Source of the DNA: a plasmid
Direction: 5' to 3' (one strand)
Length of the DNA: 64,000 bases
Sequence record: NZ_CP072340.1
Part shown: one piece after another, positions 59,986 to 64,000 of the stretch
How positions within the stretch are numbered: the stretch's first letter is position 1
Layout of the letters: every line of letters begins with the position of its first letter
Position numbers and translations under genes: made by a program
The notes under the pieces: model-generated
The model's input: only the letters and a program-made list of their open reading frames with translations
What the model was told of the DNA's origin: nothing
Database searches by the model: none

Positions 59986-60544
59986 TTGGTCTTCTAATTA
60001 CGACTTTGGAGTAATTCATCCCCCTTCGGGGCAAGGGTCTTTGTGGTACAAATGGCGGTTTGTGTTACAAAGACACACCTTGCCAATACCAAGAGTTGAT
60101 ACGATTGAAGCATCCACCCTTATAGGGTGTCTGTTTCTAAGAGTATACCTCCATGTATTATTCTCGCCTGCAAAGTTACGACGGATTTTCAAATAACTCA
60201 TTATCAATGATATTCACTCTTTTTCCTTTCATTTCCCTGCATTTCCCCAAGGGTTGGAAATAACTAAATTACTGACTTATTTTGCAGTGGATTTAGGTCA
60301 AAACGTACCAATTTATCAACTCATCTACCGACCGACAAAACTCAGCTAAAGAGTTTTTCGGGAAGTTGGACAGACGGTAATAAAGTCTATAGATCAGTCA
60401 GTCAAAAAGTAATTATGACACTCAGTTAAAAATTCTGTCAGTTCAAGGCTCGATACCTATCTACCAACTCACTGTCTATCCGACTGACTGAACTCGGTCT
60501 GTAAGAAAGTAACAATAGAGTTAATCATACAATATTCAACAACG
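59986..60544. promoter_or_regulatory. oriT region between divergent mobA and traA
   Basis: Position as in CTnDOT; conserved mobA-proximal block 59986-60110; GTCAGT/CAGTCA repeats 60380-60510. Confidence 0.5.
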
Positions 60545-61336
60545 ATGAAGCAGAAAGTTAAAAATCAGCCCGTCTATCTGGGCTTCGCATCGCAAAAAGG
60601 AGGGGTTGGCAAGAGTAGCCTTGCCGAAATCCTCGCGTCCATTCTATATTACGAAAAAGGAATATCTCTTCTTGTCGTAGATTGTGACGGAACGCAAGAG
60701 TCGTTCTTCAAGTTGAGGCAGAGAGAACGCCGCGTGATAGAGGGAAGTGAAACCATTTCTAAACAGATGAAGGATTTCTTCACCAAGTTTGGGAAACATG
60801 CCTATCCCATTATTCGCTCGACACCGAAAAACGTCATTAAATATGTGAACGAATACATCAGGACGCATGATATAAAGGTAAACCTCGTAATTTTTGATTT
60901 TCCCGGTCATGCTTCAACCGAGGATTTGCTCCAACTCTCCATAGACATGGACTATATCATCACCCCTATAGAGGCGGATCCCCAATCTTTGGTGTCCAGC
61001 TTTGCCTATGCCAGGACCATCAGGGACTTGGGAGTCGGACTTAGCGATGCCCGTATCCGTGACCTGCTCTTACTATGGAACAAAATCAACCGTAGCGCCA
61101 GTTCCATCGTTATGGACTATTACACACAATATGCAAAGGAAGAGGACATCAGTATATTTGATGCCCGCATATACCATTCCGTGAGATTCTCCAGGGAATT
61201 GGAGTTAGGTGGCGTGAAGGGTGTCTTCCGCAGTTCTTACTTACCTCCGGCACTTACCTTACGCCTTCCTACTGGTATAGACTTGTGGGTGGAGGAAGTA
61301 ATCGAAAAATGCCATCTCATTCCGGATAGCCTATGA
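60545..61336 (+). CDS. traA: conjugative transposon protein TraA (ParA-family ATPase)
   Basis: Deviant Walker A FASQKGGVGKSS. Confidence 0.85.
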   Translation: MKQKVKNQPVYLGFASQKGGVGKSSLAEILASILYYEKGISLLVVDCDGTQESFFKLRQRERRVIEGSETISKQMKDFFTKFGKHAYPIIRSTPKNVIKYVNEYIRTHDIKVNLVIFDFPGHASTEDLLQLSIDMDYIITPIEADPQSLVSSFAYARTIRDLGVGLSDARIRDLLLLWNKINRSASSIVMDYYTQYAKEEDISIFDARIYHSVRFSRELELGGVKGVFRSSYLPPALTLRLPTGIDLWVEEVIEKCHLIPDSL

Positions 61337-61857
61337 CCTCCATTAGTGAAGAACGAAAGAAAGTCCTCCGGAGCAAACTCAAGGAGATGGGCAATTACGG
61401 TGTACAGGAACGTTCTCCGGAAGAATCCCCCTTTTATGACCAGCCCACAGAACTTGAGCGTGATTTGGAAAAACTCCAATCGGATGAACCGCAAGAAGCG
61501 AAAGAAGAAGAACCTGTTACAAGGACTTCTGCAGCAGAACAGACAGCAGAACCTTTACGGGCTAAAAAAAATAAAGACAAAGGAAGCAGGGAAGATGCCC
61601 TGTCTGCCAAACTCTCTTTTGAGGAATATCGTGAACGCTACCTTAGCCATTCTCAATGCAGTAATGGTAAATCCGGATTCACCATTAACAGTGAGGTCTT
61701 GCAGTTGCTCAGAGATGTCCTTCGGGATGTCCGTGCAAAGACTACCCTCACTGCCTACATTGAAAATATCCTTCTTGAGCATTTGAAAGAAAACCAAGCC
61801 ATGCTGAACAAGACAGCGGCACAGTATAAACGTAATCAAACACTTAATTTATGGTAA
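61333..61857 (+). CDS. traB: conjugative transposon protein TraB-like (DUF3408)
   Basis: Order after traA; C-terminal ..TAYIENILLEHLKENQ module. Confidence 0.6.
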   Translation: MTSISEERKKVLRSKLKEMGNYGVQERSPEESPFYDQPTELERDLEKLQSDEPQEAKEEEPVTRTSAAEQTAEPLRAKKNKDKGSREDALSAKLSFEEYRERYLSHSQCSNGKSGFTINSEVLQLLRDVLRDVRAKTTLTAYIENILLEHLKENQAMLNKTAAQYKRNQTLNLW

Positions 61858-62288
61858 AAACATTGTTATTGGATACATTTCTCCTCATGGGGATTATCTG
61901 GATGCTTATCAGCATTGTCTATTTCTGTATTCGCTTGGACAGGCTTTTGTCTTCTATGGAAAAACCTGTTGTGGAAACCATGGAGGAAACAGCAGAGGTA
62001 GTATTATCAGAAGAAGATACTTCTTCCCCTTCCGTACATTCGGACTACAATAGTTTTGAAGATTATCGCAATCGTTTTCTTCATACTTCACGCTTTCCAA
62101 GGAAAACAGCCTTTACCATGAATGTCGAAACCTTGCAGGTGCTTCGCAATATTCTACATGATTTGAATCAGCGTGTGTCTATGACTTCCTACATAGAGAA
62201 TATCCTGCGTGAACATTTACGGGAACATCAGAATCTAATCAATGATGCAGCCGATAAACAGAGAAGTAAAACCACCATAACACTGTAA
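61851..62288 (+). CDS. TraC-like membrane protein with DUF3408-type C-terminus (paralog of TraB C-terminal module)
   Basis: N-terminal TM helix; ..TSYIENILREHLREHQ. Confidence 0.5.
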   Translation: MVKTLLLDTFLLMGIIWMLISIVYFCIRLDRLLSSMEKPVVETMEETAEVVLSEEDTSSPSVHSDYNSFEDYRNRFLHTSRFPRKTAFTMNVETLQVLRNILHDLNQRVSMTSYIENILREHLREHQNLINDAADKQRSKTTITL

Positions 62289-62291
62289 GTA

Positions 62292-63071
62292 ATGGAAACA
62301 ATTCTATTAGATATTCTCCTTTTCTTGGGTGTGATATGGCTACTTTTAGGTATCGCATACCTCTGGAAAATCTGCTTGCGGCCAGTCCCCAAATCTGTGG
62401 ATGAAACCACAGGAAAGCCTATTGTCACAAAAGAACAGGTAGAACATGCCAGGCACGTTTTGGTGGGCAGGAGTAAACCCTTTACTTCCCCGTCTGTCCC
62501 CGAAATTCCCGCTGTTTCCTCGTCTGAAAATTCAACCGATAATCCCAGTACCTTTGCGACGCAAAATGTACGCAAGGAAGATGAAACAGAGTCAACTGTT
62601 ACACCTCAATCCGCACCCGAACATACGGATGAAAAGGAAGAGGACAATGAAATGCAGGTTGACTACACGATGGACGAGCCAGACGAAGACACTATCATCC
62701 GTGAAGAACTGCAGATTGCAGACGATTCTCTGCCCGAAGTATCACCGTCCAGCATCCTCGCAAGGGACATTATCCGTGTCAACGGTTGGCACAGGAATGA
62801 CGATGCACTCGATGAGGAAAGCGAAACGGAGGTTCACGAAACGCTGCAAGCGATACGAGGGACTGAGCTCATGGAATACATGAAAGAAGCCGCACTCGGA
62901 CAGGAGCAAGACCATCAAAGGCTCCTTGCTGCCATTCGCAAAGCGGAGGAAGCGGAATTAGAGGAAAGTAATATAAGCTCTTCTTCTGACTTTGAAACGA
63001 ACTTAAACGTAGAGAGCTGCAACAACGATGTTACGGAAGATGACGAACGTCCACTTTCATACTATCTGTAA
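62292..63071 (+). CDS. TraD-like acidic membrane-anchored protein
   Basis: N-terminal TM helix then acidic low-complexity region; position before traE. Confidence 0.45.
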   Translation: METILLDILLFLGVIWLLLGIAYLWKICLRPVPKSVDETTGKPIVTKEQVEHARHVLVGRSKPFTSPSVPEIPAVSSSENSTDNPSTFATQNVRKEDETESTVTPQSAPEHTDEKEEDNEMQVDYTMDEPDEDTIIREELQIADDSLPEVSPSSILARDIIRVNGWHRNDDALDEESETEVHETLQAIRGTELMEYMKEAALGQEQDHQRLLAAIRKAEEAELEESNISSSSDFETNLNVESCNNDVTEDDERPLSYYL

Positions 63072-63225
63072 AACTATTGTTTTTGTTCATATTATAAAGT
63101 GTTCTAGGGGTGGCTCAAAAGTAAAACAATCATCCCATATCAGTCATACGATAAAACCGAGCCACCCCTTACCACCTCTACCCAAAAGAAAACAATTCAT
63201 TTAACAACTTAAAATAAAAAGAACA

Positions 63226-63528
63226 ATGAACAACAAAAAGAAAATCACAATGCTACTCCTGATGGCTATCACTGCCGTAGGAGCATACGCACAGGGCAAC
63301 GGCATGGCGGGTATCAATGAAGCCACAAAGATGGTAACAAGCTATTTTGATCCCGGAACAAAGCTTATCTATGCCATCGGTGCTGTGGTAGGTCTGATAG
63401 GAGGAATAAAAGTGTACAACAAGTTCTCAAGTGGTGACCCCGATACGAGCAAGACCGCAGCCTCTTGGTTCGGTGCGTGTATCTTCCTCATCGTGGCTGC
63501 CACTATCCTGAGAAGTTTCTTCCTGTAA
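63226..63528 (+). CDS. traE: conjugative transposon protein TraE (pilin-like small membrane protein)
   Basis: 100 aa, signal peptide + two TM segments; matches TraE size and order. Confidence 0.75.
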   Translation: MNNKKKITMLLLMAITAVGAYAQGNGMAGINEATKMVTSYFDPGTKLIYAIGAVVGLIGGIKVYNKFSSGDPDTSKTAASWFGACIFLIVAATILRSFFL

Positions 63529-63532
63529 GGCG

Positions 63533-63868
63533 ATGGCAGCATTTGAAATCAACAAGGGTGTAGGCCGGACGGTGGAGTTCAAGGGCTTGAAGGCACAGTA
63601 CCTCTTCCTCTTTGCAGGAGGGCTGCTGGCAGTCTTCATTCTCGTGGTCATTCTCTATCTCTGCGGCATCAGTCAGATAGCCTGTCTTGTCATAGGCGTA
63701 GTGGGTGCCACCATAGTGGTGTGGCAAACGTTCACCATGAACAGAAAGTACGGGCAGTACGGACTGATGAAGAAAGGAGCAGTGCGTATGCACCCACGCT
63801 ACCTTGTGAACCGCCGTACGGTCTGCCACCTTATCCGTAACCTTCAACCAAAGAAAGCGAAGCAATGA
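63533..63868 (+). CDS. traF: conjugative transposon protein TraF
   Basis: 111 aa, FKGLKAQYLFLFAGGLL TM hairpin; ATGA overlap with traG. Confidence 0.75.
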   Translation: MAAFEINKGVGRTVEFKGLKAQYLFLFAGGLLAVFILVVILYLCGISQIACLVIGVVGATIVVWQTFTMNRKYGQYGLMKKGAVRMHPRYLVNRRTVCHLIRNLQPKKAKQ

Positions 63869-64000
63869 GAAATAAAAGCAAGATAACAACCTTGGAATCG
63901 AAGTTTCCGCTGCTCTCCGTTGAGCAGGGCTGCATGGTGAGCAAAGATGCTGACATCACCGTGGCTTTCCGTGTGGAATTGCCCGAACTCTTCACCGTCA
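63865..64000 (+). CDS. traG: conjugative transposon protein TraG (VirB4-like ATPase), N-terminus only (runs off window)
   Basis: MRNKSKITTLESKFPLLSVEQGCMVSKDADITVAFRVELPELF typical TraG N-terminus. Confidence 0.7.
   Translation, partial: MRNKSKITTLESKFPLLSVEQGCMVSKDADITVAFRVELPELFTV

Larger units (their letters stand above)
5560..64000. mobile_element. CTnDOT-family conjugative transposon backbone (left end in 5.6-5.97 kb interval; continues past window end); contains two nested integrative elements
   Basis: Integrase pair at left end, Xis-like HTH genes, primase, mobA/mobB/mobC divergent from traA-traG, methylase-helicase and topoisomerase III typical of Bacteroides CTns. Confidence 0.6.

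Noticed and set aside
1-64000. CRISPR arrays, rRNA, tRNA genes (including at element junctions)
   Set aside because: No regularly spaced direct repeats. Junctions of the nested elements lie inside protein-coding genes, not tRNAs. No tRNA-like cloverleaf sequence was recognisable by eye at the backbone left end.

Overview
The window is low-to-mid GC Bacteroidales DNA. Secreted proteins with T9SS C-terminal tails and GLPGLI-family proteins point to a Prevotella/Porphyromonas/Tannerella-like host. Bases 1-5558 are a chromosomal locus: a membrane protein, an ABC ATPase, two GLPGLI paralogs and an outer-membrane barrel. From about 5.6 kb to the window end runs the left part of a CTnDOT-family conjugative transposon. 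It has a tandem integrase pair, Xis-like HTH genes, a primase-helicase, a split N6-methylase/SNF2-helicase, a split topoisomerase III, mobA-mobB-mobC, oriT and traA-traG. Two related integrase-pair elements are nested inside this backbone. Both share conserved ends (left end with the CGTAACCC..GGGTTACG inverted repeat, a ~110-bp right end). Element 2 (16.3-27.8 kb) splits the methylase-helicase gene. Element 3 (33.7-48.8 kb) splits topoisomerase III exactly at the active-site TYPR motif, flanked by a 9-bp direct repeat. Neither encodes a relaxase, but each carries a MobA-like gene preceded by a copy of the backbone oriT-like sequence. The two most interesting cargoes are these. First, in element 2, a peptide-export operon headed by a 58-aa double-glycine-leader peptide gene that is missing from the ORF track, followed by an OM barrel, a C39-ABC exporter and a short HlyD-like protein. 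Second, in the backbone accessory slot, a translationally coupled cassette of a wHTH protein, a class-II-like minimal nucleotidyltransferase and a PP2C phosphatase, with no match to a described system. Element 3 carries two S8 proteases, T9SS substrates, a KAS-III-like ketosynthase and a TetR regulator. A GC-rich island encodes a duplicated T9SS-tailed protein. No CRISPR, rRNA or tRNA was seen.
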